A DNA stretch of 63,826 nt, counting the filler, from Octopus bimaculoides (Eukaryota): NCBI RefSeq assembly GCF_001194135.2. It is 9 parts of 9 records of this genome, joined end to end, with 100 filler letters (N's around TTAATTAATTAA, not from the genome) between each part and the next. Parts side by side here need not be neighbours in the genome. Positions count along the whole stretch, not along the records: positions 17,201 to 29,261 come from NC_068999.1; positions 29,362 to 44,083 come from NC_069002.1; 7 more parts are not named here. The stretch is one strand, 5' to 3'. The notes under the pieces were generated by a model. The model searched no databases. It had not been told where the DNA came from and was given only the letters and a program-made list of their open reading frames with translations. Positions 24,490 to 37,464 of this stretch are shown here, one piece after another. Position numbers and translations under genes: made by a program. Numbering within the stretch: the stretch's first letter is position 1; every line of letters starts with the position of its first letter.

Positions 24490-27400
24490 TAATGATGAAA
24501 CCCATAATAGGTGTGGTGTTATGAGCCAGGCTGTGTTGCAGGGAAGGATCAGAAGTGAGGGAGTAGGCATGTCCTGTCGGAAGTGGATCCTGTGGGTCCC
24601 AGCAGAAGTGCTGCGGTGGGCATGTGGGAAGCGCGAGGAGTCAGTCGGCAATGGACAGCGCATCAGAGCAGACGTGTGAGACTGTACAGCGACGGATAGC
24701 GCACGTGGACGTGGCGGAAACCTTGCAGATCGTGACAGCACGTGAACGTTGAAGACCCTTTCTCCGGACCGACAGGTAAGACTACCGTAGTCCTCTCTTC
24801 GCGTCCGTCTTTTTCTTCCTTTACATCACAAGCTATTTCGGCTCCAGAAAAAAAAATGATGGGTATGATCCGTGTTTCGAATGAGACGGTTAGGCCATTT
24901 TGTGGCGAGGGAGATGTGACCGCTTGACTGTAAAAAATTAAGTTAGTAGCAAGACTCCAAGGTATAGATGATCTAGTGAGTTTCATGCCGTTGTACCTCG
25001 AATCGGCGTTGGCGCTATACCTGGAAATGGAAGAGAAGGACCAGTTGAGCGCAGAAAAAATAGAAGGCCGGCTGATGGAGGCTTTCACAGAAGGGCCATT
25101 TATGGCATATAGTCGACTGGAGACAGCGAAGTGGATGGGCGAACTGATCGATGTGTTTGCCAACGAAATCATGAGATTGGCTAGACTCGTGGAATATAGA
25201 AATGACGCGTTGGAACAAACCGTTAAATTAGCCTTTGTGACAGGATTTCCTGACCACGTGTCGGTTGAACTGAAAAAGCTGACGAATATTCACTCCATGG
25301 CGATAGGAGAGGTAATATCTCGGACCAGAACCATCGTCTCATATTGCAGGACAACACCTTTAGCAGCGACTGCAACACTGAGAAGGAGTCAAACAAAGAG
25401 CGGCGGAGGGGGGTCGAACAAGGAACGTGTGCGACCCTTCAAAGGACAGTGTTTTCGGTGTCAGGGTTCGCACATGGCGAGCGACTGCAAAGAACCCAGG
25501 TCTGGAGTAATTTTCTATCGATGCAGACAGACAGGCCACATCGCTAGTGAACGCGTGCAGGGAAACGGTCCAAGAGAGACTACTGCACCGGTAGTTGTCC
25601 CGTCGAAAGAATAGAGGCGCGTATAGAGTCGTTGCCAGTAGTAGAAGTCGTGGTGAACGGAAAGGTGTCACAAGCCCTCGTGGACACGGGCTGCTCAACA
25701 ACCCTAATGACTCTGGAGATGGTAGAAGAATGGAGTGGAGTGATTAGTGTAAGGGTTGTTAACGATACGGAAGTTGGATGCAGAAGAAGTAGCGATGTGG
25801 AGATGGTGGTACGAGGAACGAGATCGAGGTTGCGTGCGACTGTGATTCATCGCGTAGTGAACGGGATCGATGTGGTGATGGGGATGAACACCATTGTCCG
25901 TTTGGGAAGTGTTACGGTCAATGAAGCTGGCGTAGCGTTTGGTGATGCGGGACACTATGCGCTGTGAGTCCGCGACAGGAGAATGATGAGAGTTGCGAAG
26001 AAAAATATGCTGCACACACACCATCATAGACAAAGATTTTCGAGCTGTGCTCGATGGCCGGCAGTGGACAGTGGAATAGCACTGAAAGGGAGATCCACCG
26101 ACATTGAAAAACGCAATAGGCTGCTACCAGCATACCCTGAAAGGGGATGCCAGAAGCGAGTTCGAGGGAGAGATGGAACAGTGGATCAAGGGAAGGTATT
26201 CTGATTCCTTGGAAGGAGGAAGTGAAAAGCGGAGTGCAGTGGTGCAGCCGACGAAGCATAAAGTCAGGCCAGTATTGGATTTCCGAGAGCTGAACGACCA
26301 CGTATTGTGCCATACGGCGGCGAAACAACATACATTTGTAGTGAAACCTTGAGAGAGTGAAGGCAGATGACAAGGGCTTCCACAATCGTCGATTTGAAGT
26401 CGGCATACCTGCAGCTGCATGTGGCTAAGAGTATGTGGAGATATCAGCTGGTAAGGGACGGACATACTGCCTGACCAGGTTGAGATTCGGGCTGAATTCA
26501 GCACCGAAGATTATGGCGACGATTCTCAAAACCATCCTGGGAAAGGCCGACAAAGTGAAAAGAGCCACCGATTGCTATATCGATGACATCCTGGTGGACG
26601 AGAACAAGTGTAGGAAAAGAAGGTCATAAGCCACCTGAAGAGTTTTGGGCTAACTGCCAAACCGTCGGAGGCGATGGAAGGATGAGCTGCACTGGGACTC
26701 GAGCTACGGAGAGACAAGACTGGCGACTCAGTATTTCGGAGAGGGAATTAGATCCCAGAACTAGGCTCAAAGACGAGTAAGCGGGAACTGTTTTCTGTGT
26801 GCGGGAAGCTGCTGGAACACTACCCAATTGCAAGATGGCTCTGGACGGCATGCAGCTTCATCAAGAGGCGAGCTGAAGGAGTGAGGTGGAGTGATAACGT
26901 GGGCGAGAAGACAACCACCATGATGCAAGAAGTCTTGGAGAGAGTGACTGCGGGGGACTCAGTAAGAGGGAACTAGCATGTACCCAAGTTGAAGAAGGGG
27001 ATCGTGTGGTGTGATGCCAGCAGCATGGCGACGGGAGATGTCCTAGAATTTGGGGGTGTCGTGGTGGAGGATACGGCCTGGTTTAGGAAGAGAGACGACT
27101 GCAGCCACATCAACGTGGCGGAGCTAAATGCCGTATTGAAAGGGCTGAACCATCGAGATCCGGACCAATTCGGCCAGTGTACTTAGATAGGTGGGATCAG
27201 TGATCACCGGCGAGCGGAGGGTGCGTACCAAAGGGGTGCAGAGATGCTGATAAGACGCCGTTTGGGAATTCTGGGCGAGCTAGCTGCCGAGTTTGACCTG
27301 AGGCTGAGTGTGGTTTTTGTGCCCTCTGAGAGGAATAGAGCGGACGTCCTGACCAAAGTAAAGAAAGCCTGGTCGCAGGTCCCAGAGGATCTGGAGCAAG

Positions 27401-27865
27401 GAGTGGATGCGGTGTGTCGACTGAGTGACTCGAAGCTAAGGTGACTGCATACCATGCATCACATGGGGATGGACAGGACCCTGTTCCTAGCCAGGAATGT
27501 TGACTCTGACATGACCAGGCAGAGTGTGCAAAGAGTAGTTGGGAGCTAGCTCTGGGTGTGCATGAGACAAGAAGCATTCCAGTGGAACACAACTGGAAAC
27601 GACTGGCAGTGGACGTGACGCACTACCGGCAGTGGACATACCTCTCGATGGTCGACTAGGGGCGGTAGGCCATATGGAGGGAGATGAAGACGGGGACCGC
27701 AGAGGAAATCACAAGAATACTGAATGAGATATTCCTAGAACGAGGCCCCGTGGATGAGCTGCTTATAGACAATGGCACTACGTTTTGTTCGGAGGTGCTG
27801 GGAGAAATGCTCGACAAATGGCATGTCAGCCGTTTCTTCGGGGCGGTATACCGGCCAAGTGAGTA
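24490..27865 (+). mobile_element. Ty3/Gypsy LTR retrotransposon relic (gag-PR-RT-RNaseH-IN), 3'-truncated and frameshifted
   Basis: gag from ATG 24856 with zinc knuckles (CFRCQGSHMASDC; YRCRQTGHIASE), protease ALVDTGC, RT (FGLNSAP, CYIDDIL), RNase H (WCDAS..HINVAELNAVLKGL) and integrase (DVTH..LLIDNGTTF). The PR-RT-RH-IN order indicates Gypsy. No paired LTRs were found. Confidence 0.9.
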
Positions 27866-28641
27866 AAGCTGAACTTGAATGCGTTCTCGATAAGACCTAT
27901 ATAACTATTCTGGTATCATTTTCGTTAGCATTGGTGAAAAGTTTGGCGCAGAAAACAACACTATTCTAAAGGAATTACGGTATAGAGGGCATGCACTTCT
28001 ATCAAAGTAAGTTGCACTGAAGTAGGGTCGGAAGGTAGGGTAATTTTTTCCCATTAATTTTAGCTACAGGAAAGACGAAGTTATTCATGCAGCTGTGACT
28101 TACCTTGAGGTTATATCTGTCAGAACTTCTGTGGAACTTATGGCTACTAGGAAAGAGTTTACTGATTAAATCTTGTAAGATCGGACAATATTAGCTCCGA
28201 GGTTCAAACTGATTATACCCTGTAACTTTCCTGTTCATTTGCGTATTTATAGCACTATAGCATCCTTGCAGCGATGTTACATTCTATTTTTCGTTGAACA
28301 CACTTCTGCTCAGAGCTTCATTATAAGATATTGCTGCAAGCTTAGAAGTCTCGTATATGTGTGTAGTGCAGGTATATATATGTGTTCGTGTATATGTATA
28401 TATATGTGTGTTTGTATGTATGTATGTATATATGTATGCATGTATGTATGTATGTATGTATGTATGTATGTGTGTATGTATGTATATATGTATGTATGTA
28501 TGTATGCATGTATGTATGTATGTACGTATGTGTATGTGTGTGTGGTTAAAAATTATGCAAAAAAAAACAAAAATAAAAGACAGAAAAACGTGTGTATCTG
28601 TGCGTGTGTATATATTATTTATTGAAAATGAAACTGAGAGG

Positions 28642-28770
28642 GACCGATAGAATACTAGGCTTACAAAAAATAAGTCCTGGGGTCGATTTGCTCGACTAAA
28701 AGGCGGTGCTCCAACATGGCCACAGTCAAATTCCTGAAACAAGTAAAAGAGTAAAAAGAGAGTAAAAGAG
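28642..28770 (+). mobile_element. SINE family A tail fragment
   Basis: gaccgatagaat..ggcggtgctccaacatggcc..gaaacaagtaaaagag. Confidence 0.85.
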
Positions 28771-28774
28771 TATA

Positions 28775-29185
28775 TCTTTTATCTTTCACTCGTTTCAATC
28801 ATTTGACTGCGGTCATGCCGAGGCACCAGCTTCAGGGGTTTTAGTCAAACAAATCAACCGTAGGACTTATTATTTTTTGAAGCCTGGTACTTATTCTATC
28901 GGTTCTTTTGTCGACCCGCTAAGCTACGGGGACGTAAACACACCACCACCGGTTGTTAAGCCTTGGTATGGGGACAAACACCGACACAGAGACACACGCA
29001 TATAGATATATACATACATATACATACGACGGGCTTCTTTCAGTTTCCGTCTACCAAATTCACTCACAAGCCTTTGGTCGACCCGACGCTATAGTAGAAG
29101 ATAGTTGCCCAAGGTGCCACGTAGTGGGACTGAACCCAGGACTATGTGGTTGAGAAGCAATCTTCTTACCACACATCCACACCTG
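28775..29185 (-). mobile_element. SINE family A, full-length, tail-to-tail with the preceding fragment
   Basis: Reverse complement of the family A tail, body and head. Confidence 0.88.
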
Positions 29186-29371
29186 CACCAAAGTGTCTCC
29201 ACTTTATCCTCACGAATATATATATATGTATGTATGTTTATGCTATGTAAATATATATATANNNNNNNNNNNNNNNNNNNNNNNNNNNNNNNNNNNNNNN
29301 NNNNNTTAATTAATTAANNNNNNNNNNNNNNNNNNNNNNNNNNNNNNNNNNNNNNNNNNNNTGGTTATTCA

Positions 29372-29521
29372 TAGTCCGATGATATTTTGGAATTAGAATT
29401 CCTTCTTCAGATCTTATTTGCTGAAGTCTCTGCTATAAACTGTTATATAACAGTTTATAGCAGAGACTCCAGCTAAGAAGATCTGAAGAAGGAATTCTAA
29501 TTCCAAAATATCATCGGACTA
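29372..29521. repeat. 150-bp loopless inverted repeat (75-bp arms, 3 mismatches)
   Basis: tagtccgatgatattttggaattagaattccttcttcagatctt..ctataaactgttat|ataacagtttatag..aagatctgaagaaggaattctaattccaaaatatcatcggacta, centre 29446/29447. Confidence 0.97.
29480..29515 (+). ncRNA. Minimal type-I hammerhead-ribozyme-like motif with G12-to-A change (mirror copy on the minus strand at 29378-29413)
   Basis: GAT-CTGAAGA-A-GGAATT-CT-AATTCC-aAA-ATAT-C-ATC: stem I GAT/ATC, CUGANGA box, 6-bp stem II, palindromic stem III ATAT and cleavage-site C. The GAAA box reads AAAA. Confidence 0.5.
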
Positions 29522-30391
29522 CAGTTTACCAAGTTACAACAGGTATACAGTCCATTTTTTGTTCTATATTGCATTGTTATACCTTCCTAAACTTTTTATT
29601 CTTTACAAACAATACACAATGCTTCAAGCGAACTACAATACTCTCCTATACATATGTATATATATATATATACACATATGTATGTCACTTCACTCTGTCC
29701 CTTTCATTTTTTTTTTCTCACCCCTCCTTAATTCTTCCATCCCTCTGCCTCTACCTCTCTTTTCTCCCCACATGACCAGTTTTCGGCCAAGTCTGACCGT
29801 TCTTTCTTGGTTCAACTACCATCTGTGCAACATCTATATTCCTCCCTGTGCCTGTCAAATCTTATTTCCCTGCCGTTTTCTGAGAACGCACAAGAACCCT
29901 TTTCAGAGTTATTTACTTAGAATTGTTATAATCTCATATCTGATTGGCCGGTTATTACATAACATGCCCCACAATTTAGTATACATACCTTATTAGTATT
30001 TCCTCCTATGTTCTATATACTCTGGGAATGCATTAAAGTCCTTTTCGGGGCTACTTTATTTGAATTCTTACTATGGCGCTAGTGTTGAATTCTTACAGGA
30101 GCGCTAGTGTTGGTATATTCGTGAATAAGTCACTAACCGAAATAAGTGGATCTATTGTTTAGGAAAATACTATTTACTTGTTTAAGGGTTGTACTGGATA
30201 AATTGCGAACATAACTCTAACAGTTCAAATACTAAGAAATAAGCATACTCAATTTGATCTTTACCAAATAATTTAGGAAAATGAATGGGTTATTTCCCTT
30301 GGCTATATATATATAAGGATCCCTTATAACCTGGATTTTATCTACTCCGTTCCCTAATCTTGGATTTCTATTTACATAGACAGCAACCTCA

Positions 30392-30780
30392 GTGGAGGTG
30401 CAATCGCCCATTGATTAGGGCAGCGGACTCGTGGTCATAGGATAGCGGTTTCGATTCCCAGACCAGGCGTTGTGAGTGTTTATAGAGCGAAAACACCTAA
30501 AAAAAACTCCACAAGGCTCCGGCAGGGGATGGTGGCGAACCCTGCTGTACTCTTCCACCACAACTTTCTCTCACTCACACTTCCTGTTTCTGTTGTGCCT
30601 GTATTTCTAAAGGGTCAGCCTTGTCACACAGTGTCACGCTGAATATCCCCGAGAACTACATTAAGGGTACACGTGTCTGTGGAGTGCTCAGCCACTTGCA
30701 CGTTAATTTCACGAGCAGGTTGTTCCGTTGATCGGATCAACTGGCACCCTCGATGTCGTAACCAACGGAGTGCCAACAAC
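30392..30780 (+). mobile_element. SINE family C, full-length
   Basis: tRNA-like head (..ggtttcgattccc), core cacttgcacgttaatttcacgagcagg and tail acggagtgccaacaac. Confidence 0.85.
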
Positions 30781-31034
30781 AGACAGCAACCTCTGCTGCT
30801 AATCATAAGCTATAAAACAATTTTTTCAACTTATCAAACTTCGATACAGGGAAAATTTACAATGTTCTGCATCAATAAACCACTATTGTTCCTGAGAGAT
30901 TTTTTTTTAATACCTTTTACGGACTGCACAAAGCTTACTACCTACCTACACCTTGATCCTTGGATCTTACCTTTACAAACACACACACACACGTGTGTGT
31001 GTGTGTGTGTGTGTGTGTTGTATACATGCATTCA

Positions 31035-31192
31035 TACAAGCTTCCACACAGTTTCCATCTACTAAATCCAATCACAAGGCTTTGGTCAGCCCAGAGCCAT
31101 AGTAGAGGACACTTACCCAAAGTGCCCTGTAGTGGGGCTGAACCCAAAACCATATGGTTAGGAAGAAAACTTCTTACCACTCAGCCACACCC
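31035..31192 (-). mobile_element. SINE family A head/body fragment
   Basis: cagtttccatctactaaatcc..caaggctttggtc..ttcttaccactcagccac. Confidence 0.75.
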
Positions 31193-31478
31193 ATGAACAC
31201 ATGGGTGGATCATGCAAAGACAACACCATTTTATTCATTTAGCCAATGTTTTTTGGGGTTTTTTTTTGCCAACTCTTCAAAACACCAAGTCGTCTTCAGT
31301 CAATTCTCTTCACACCAAATTATGTCACACATGTTAACAGTCAATTTTCTTAATGCGGCCAGTCATTCACAAAGTTACTACAACAAACGCTAATTCGGAA
31401 ATGTCAAATCTTGTTAAAAACCTTAACGCCTTAATTAGCAAGGGAAATTACACACACACACAGTATGCATATGTGTGT

Positions 31479-31518
<40 letters not shown>

Positions 31519-33214
31519 CATACATACATATATATATATACATACATATATATATACATACATACATATATACATACATACATATATATATATACATACA
31601 GACACACACTCATCTATAATATATGTGTATATACATACACACACACACACCTATAATATATACATATGTGTATACATGCACACACATAACTACAATGAAA
31701 TAGAACATTGCAGATAGTTTCAAGGCAAGAAATGCTTAAATGTCACTAAAACCCACTAAGAGAGTTCACAGAAGTTCTAATCGGCACGAGGGAACCTCTG
31801 CCTACATCTGTCGTTCACACTGCTAGAAATAGCTACCGAATCTTCCTCCCAATACAGCCATACCCATTTAAATACAGGATACACTGGTTAAAAAAAAAAA
31901 AAAACACACACACACACAGTATGGGTCAAAGTTGGAATACCTTTGATGAGGACAGACCTGGGGTTAAAAAACAACAGCAACAACAATCCAATGAAACATG
32001 ACAAAAGTGAACCTATTTTCTAGGACAAAACTACACAGCTTATATCTTACTGTCTTATGGCTGCTTGCTCTAATACAAAACTATTTCAGTTTTTTTTTAG
32101 AGGAGGGTTATTTTTTTGTTTGTTTGTTTTTTATACTGATACTACTATAACTAATATTGCTGCTGCNNNNNNNNNNNNNNNNNNNNNNNNNNNNNNNNNN
32201 NNNNNNNNNNNNNNNNNNNNNNNNNNNNNNNNNNNNNNNNNNNNNNNNNNNNNNNNNNNNNNNNNNNNNNNNNNNNNNNNNNNNNNNNNNNNNNNNNNNN
32301 NNNNNNNNNNNNNNNNNNNNNNNNNNNNNNNNNNNNNNNNNNNNNNNNNNNNNNNNNNNNNNNNNNNNNNNNNNNNNNNNNNNNNNNNNNNNNNNNNNNN
32401 NNNNNNNNNNNNNNNNNNNNNNNNNNNNNNNNNNNNNNNNNNNNNNNNNNNNNNNNNNNNNNNNNNNNNNNNNNNNNNNNNNNNNNNNNNNNNNNNNNNN
32501 NNNNNNNNNNNNNNNNNNNNNNNNNNNNNNNNNNNNNNNNNNNNNNNNNNNNNNNNNNNNNNNNNNNNNNNNNNNNNNNNNNNNNNNNNNNNNNNNNNNN
32601 NNNNNNNNNNNNNNNNNNNNNNNNNNNNNNNNNNNNNNNNNNNNNNNNNNNNNNNNNNNNNNNNNNNNNNNNNNNNNNNNNNNNNNNNNNNNNNNNNNNN
32701 NNNNNNNNNNNNNNNNNNNNNNNNNNNNNNNNNNNNNNNNNNNNNNNNNNNNNNNNNNNNNNNNNNNNNNNNNNNNNNNNNNNNNNNNNNNNNNNNNNNN
32801 NNNNNNNNNNNNNNNNNNNNNNNNNNNNNNNNNNNNNNNNNNNNNNNNNNNNNNNNNNNNNNNNNNNNNNNNNNNNNNNNNNNNNNNNNNNNNNNNNNNN
32901 NNNNNNNNNNNNNNNNNNNNNNNNNNNNNNNNNNNNNNNNNNNNNNNNNNNNNNNNNNNNNNNNNNNNNNNNNNNNNNNNNNNNNNNNNNNNNNNNNNNN
33001 NNNNNNNNNNNNNNNNNNNNNNNNNNNNNNNNNNNNNNNNNNNNNNNNNNNNNNNNNNNNNNNNNNNNNNNNNNNNNNNNNNNNNNNNNNNNNNNNNNNN
33101 NNNNNNNNNNNNNNNNNNNNNNNNNNATTGGGTGGTGAGATGAGGAGCAAAAAATATTGGATAAACTACGAAACTCAGCTTGCGAAGACTTGTTGGGGCA
33201 AGCGAAAGCGAAAT

Positions 33215-33575
33215 CGTCATGGCACCTGTGCCCAGCGTCGCCTTTCTGGCACTTGTGCCCATGGCATGTGTAAGGATTTTTGAGCGAGATCGTTGCCAGG
33301 GCCCCTAGACTGGCTCTTGTGCTGGTGGCACATAAAATACACCATTCTGAGTGTAGCCGTTGCCAGTACTACCTGACTGGCCTTTGTGCCGGTGGCACGT
33401 AAAAGCACCCACTACACTCTTGGAGTGGTTGGCATTAGGAAGGGCATCCAGCTGTAGAAACTCTGCCAAATCAGATTGGAGCCTGGTGTAGCCATCTGGT
33501 TTCACCAGTCCTCAGTCAAATCGTCCAACCCATGCTAGCATGGAAAGCGGACGTTAAACAACGACGATGATGATG
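33215..33575 (+). mobile_element. Retroposon 3' end with (GAT)n tail (related copies at 34490-34735 + and 38058-38300 -)
   Basis: Shared ggttggcattaggaagggcatccagctgtagaaa and gcatggaaagcggacgttaaa..gatgatgatg. Confidence 0.65.
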
Positions 33576-33894
33576 CCCAACTCTCCGTTTTCTTACATTA
33601 TTAATTTTATACCTATTATAATAATCCATAACACATTATGGAAATTTTCTTCTAATGTGATGGAGATTAAACTAGTGAAATTTTGGATTTATTAATTTCT
33701 AATGAGGATATTACACACACACACAATCACATTTTCATTTTTATGCCCACTTTTCCATGCTGATCATTGACTGAACAGATCTTTTTTTCATGCATAAGGA
33801 AGTATTCGAGTATTTAGTTGCTGAGAAAAAATAGTTCAGGTATTTTGGTACACAATGCAAACAAGTTTCAGTCTGAGGATTATCACAAAGCAAA

Positions 33895-34030
33895 GCTTGG
33901 TTTCAGGTTCAATTCCACTGTGTGACACCTTGGGCAAGTGTTTTCTACTATAGCCCAAGGCCAACTATAGCCTAGCCAGCCGATATGATACACAGAAACT
34001 GGAATAAGCCCATCATATATGTGTGCACAT
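33895..34030 (+). mobile_element. SINE family A head/body fragment
   Basis: ggttcaattccactgtgtgacaccttgggcaagtgttttctactatagcc. Confidence 0.7.
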
Positions 34031-35789
34031 GTATCATGAGAGAGAGAGAGACGAAGAGAGAGAGAGAGAGGAAGAGAGAGAGGAAGAGAGAGAGGAAGAG
34101 AGANNNNNNNNNNNNNNNNNNNNNNNNNNNNNNNNNNNNNNNNNNNNNNNNNNNNNNNNNNNNNNNNNNNNNNNNNNNNNNNNNNNNNNNNNNNNNNNNN
34201 NNNNNNNNNNNNNNNNNNNNNNNNNNNNNNNNNNNNNNNNNNNNNNNNNNNNNNNNNNNNNNNNNNNNNNNNNNNNNNNNNNNNNNNNNNNNNNNNNNNN
34301 NNNNNNNNNNNNNNNNNNNNNNNNNNNNNNNNNNNNNNNNNNNNNNNNNNNNNNNNNNNNNNNNNNNNNNNNNNNNNNNNNNNNNNNNNNNNNNNNNNNN
34401 NNNNNNNNNNNNNNNNNNNAGGAAAAGGGGGAGGGAGAAGAGAGGGGGAGAGGGGGGGAGAGAGGATACGTTTGTCTTGACATCACATGATTGGAAACGA
34501 TCGTCATTGTCATATAAGCAAGTGGAAATGAACAGTCTTCCACAGAAGACTGTTTTCAGACTTCTGTGAAAAATGTGTCTGGCAGTCATGGCAAAATATT
34601 ACCTTACTTGGAAACAGGTAGGGGTTGGTGACAGGAAGGGCGTCCAACAGTAGAAAATCTGCTCCAACAAACGCTGCCTGACTTATGCAAGCATGGAAAA
34701 GAAGACATTAATTGATGATGATGATGATGGTGGTGATGTTTAGCCAAGCATAGTTGTGATCAAAGGTGTTCCAGTCAGTGAGCAGATATGAACAAGAATA
34801 AGTGATCAAATTACATTTAAATACCATCAACAACAGCTGAAGTAATTAAACATTCTTTTAAGTCACTCATAAACTGACAAGACAGGAGTAACACTCAATG
34901 AACGATATAGTCTTAAAATAATGATGTTAAGATGTCATTATATATTTAAATAGCTGAAATAAAAAAAGAAAAAAAACACTCTCCCCTTCTACCCATCACT
35001 CTCCCTAAATAAGTCAAAACTGACTAACCTGTGAGTTCAGCCACCTACTCTGAAGATACAAAATAGAAAGTTGAAGACAGAGGGAGAGAATGGGGTCGTC
35101 TACTGAGAGCCAATTACATTCATCAAGCAACTAACCAATGATCACCCAACCTGCTGAAAATAGCAGTTAAAATTCTCACAAATAACAATAACATTTCAAC
35201 TAAAGACTTCATCAAACAATGTACTCCCTAATATATAAACGATGGAAATCCCTTTCATCATAGTCTTGTTTGACTTCAACTGAAGTAATAAAGTTTACTT
35301 TAAGTGAATGAGGGAAGCCCACTGCATGGAAACTTGATTTACGAGGTGTAGAAGCCAAATATTTTCTCAAAACACCCCCACACTCATAAATTAGGAAAAG
35401 ACACATTGGAAAATTAATGAATGAATGCATGTATGCATCTGTGTATGAATGTGTGTGTGTGTGTGTACATAAATACACACACACACACACACACACAATA
35501 AAATGACATGCTTCAGTAGCATGAAGAGAAACTTCTAAAATGACTAAGGTCCAGTTCTCAACCAGCAGCCTTAGTCTGTCTGTCTGTCTCTCTCTCTCTC
35601 ACACACACACACAGAGTGAGTAATCACTTTTTCAGCACTCAGTGATAAGTTAATGCTGAGTATACATCCTTATATAAAATATACATGCCCCAGCACGGCC
35701 ACAACCTCAAGGCTGACACATAAAAGAATATATAATTTTGGGAGTTGAAATTAATAATACTACAAGAAGATTACAAAATGGCTATAATC

Positions 35790-35978
35790 CTTTTTTTTTT
35801 CTTTTTGTTTCAGTCACTTGACTGTGGCCATGCTGGAGCACTGCCTTTAGTCAAGCAAATCAACCCCAGGATATATTCTTTGTAAGCCTAGTACTTATTC
35901 TATCAGTATCTTTTGCCAAACCGCTTAGTTACGGGGACATAAACACACCAACATCAGTTGTCAAGCAATGGTGGGGTG

Positions 35979-36020
<42 letters not shown>

Positions 36021-36180
36021 GAGGCTTCTTTCAGTTTCCATCTACCAAATCTACTCACAAGGCTTTGGTCGGCCCAAGGCTATAACAGAAGACATGTACC
36101 CAAGCTTCCACCCAGTGAGGCTGAACTCAGAACCATGTGGTTTGAAAGTAAACCTTTTACCACACAGCCAGGCCAGCACC
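35790..36180 (-). mobile_element. SINE family A, full-length
   Basis: Reverse complement of the family A tail, body and head. Confidence 0.88.
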
Positions 36181-36257
36181 TATATGAAAATCATATGTAT
36201 GGAAATAATAAATCAGTATTTACTTGTCAAACCTCCAAATTCTATTCTTTCATATTC

Positions 36258-36425
36258 GCAGGAGTGGCTGTGTGGTAAGTACCTTGCTTACCAACCACAT
36301 GGTTCCGGGTTCATTCCCACTGCATGGCACCTTGGGCAAGTGTCTTCTACTATAGCCTCGGGCCGACCAAAGCCTTGTTAGTGGATTTGGTAGACGGAAA
36401 CTGAAAGAAGCCCGTCGTATATATG

Positions 36426-36456
<31 letters not shown>

Positions 36457-36675
36457 GTATATGTTTGTATATCTCTGTTTGTCCCCCCACCATCGCTTGA
36501 CAACCGATGCCTGTGTGTTTATGTCCCCGTAACTTAGCAGTTCGGCAAAAGAGACCGATAGAATAAGTACTAGGCATCCAAGTCCTGGGGTCGATTTGCT
36601 CAACTAAAGGCGGTGCTCCAGCATGGCCGCAGACAAATGACTGAAACAAGTAAAAGAGAGTAAAAAGAGAGTAAT
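36258..36675 (+). mobile_element. SINE family A, full-length, head-to-head with the preceding copy
   Basis: gcaggagtggctgtgtggtaag (A-box-like), ggttcattccc (B-box-like), body, microsatellite and tail. Confidence 0.92.
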
Positions 36676-37360
36676 ATACACACACACACACACACATATA
36701 TAGACACGCATACATATAGGTACACAAACACACCCATATATATATATATACACATATATGCACACTATATTTATACACACACACACACACCACATATACA
36801 AAGTATTTCTACGGTAATGACTCACAGAAAAACACTCAGTGAACAGCATTTCTGCTTGTTTATATAATGGCATAAATATGTGGAGGAAAAAAAAAAAAAT
36901 CCTATTTTATTCAATACATTAAATAAGATGAGAAACAGTTACCTACAAATATTTTTCCTGAATTCTTCAAATTCTAACAGGTTGAAAGACCAGGTAGACA
37001 CCCCCACCCCCTTATTGTTTAGCACACCTATGATCAAAACAAGCCAGTTGTGACCACCCTGTATTTGTAGACTAAATTAATATTAGTTACATTAAACCGG
37101 AAGACAAATGCATCCCCTTGCTTTTACAGGTTGGTAATGTGTAACTGAAGGATAATTTAGGCTTCCGTTTCTAGCAAGTCAAGCAACCATACAGAGGCTC
37201 CCTGTTTGTATATTTAGTGATCTTTGATTGTAGCAATTAAATTTTCATATCATTCTTTTCAATTATCACTTTTCAAAAGGTAACACCACTCTCTTGAGAT
37301 AATTTTTGAAATTATCTTGAGGAAAACAGAAATGTCAACACCAATCCCAAAAATCATCAA

Positions 37361-37421
<61 letters not shown>

Positions 37422-37464
37422 AAGGCATTCTATCAGATACTCTAATGTATATATCTGTATACAC

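Noticed and set aside
30061-30113. 25-bp tandem duplication tgaattctta..gcgctagtgt
   Set aside because: Two-copy local slippage with no further structure.
30392-30470. tRNA-like sequences (also 36258, 43376, 57842, 21870-21930)
   Set aside because: They are heads of multi-copy SINEs continuing into conserved bodies. No complete cloverleaf or terminator is evident.
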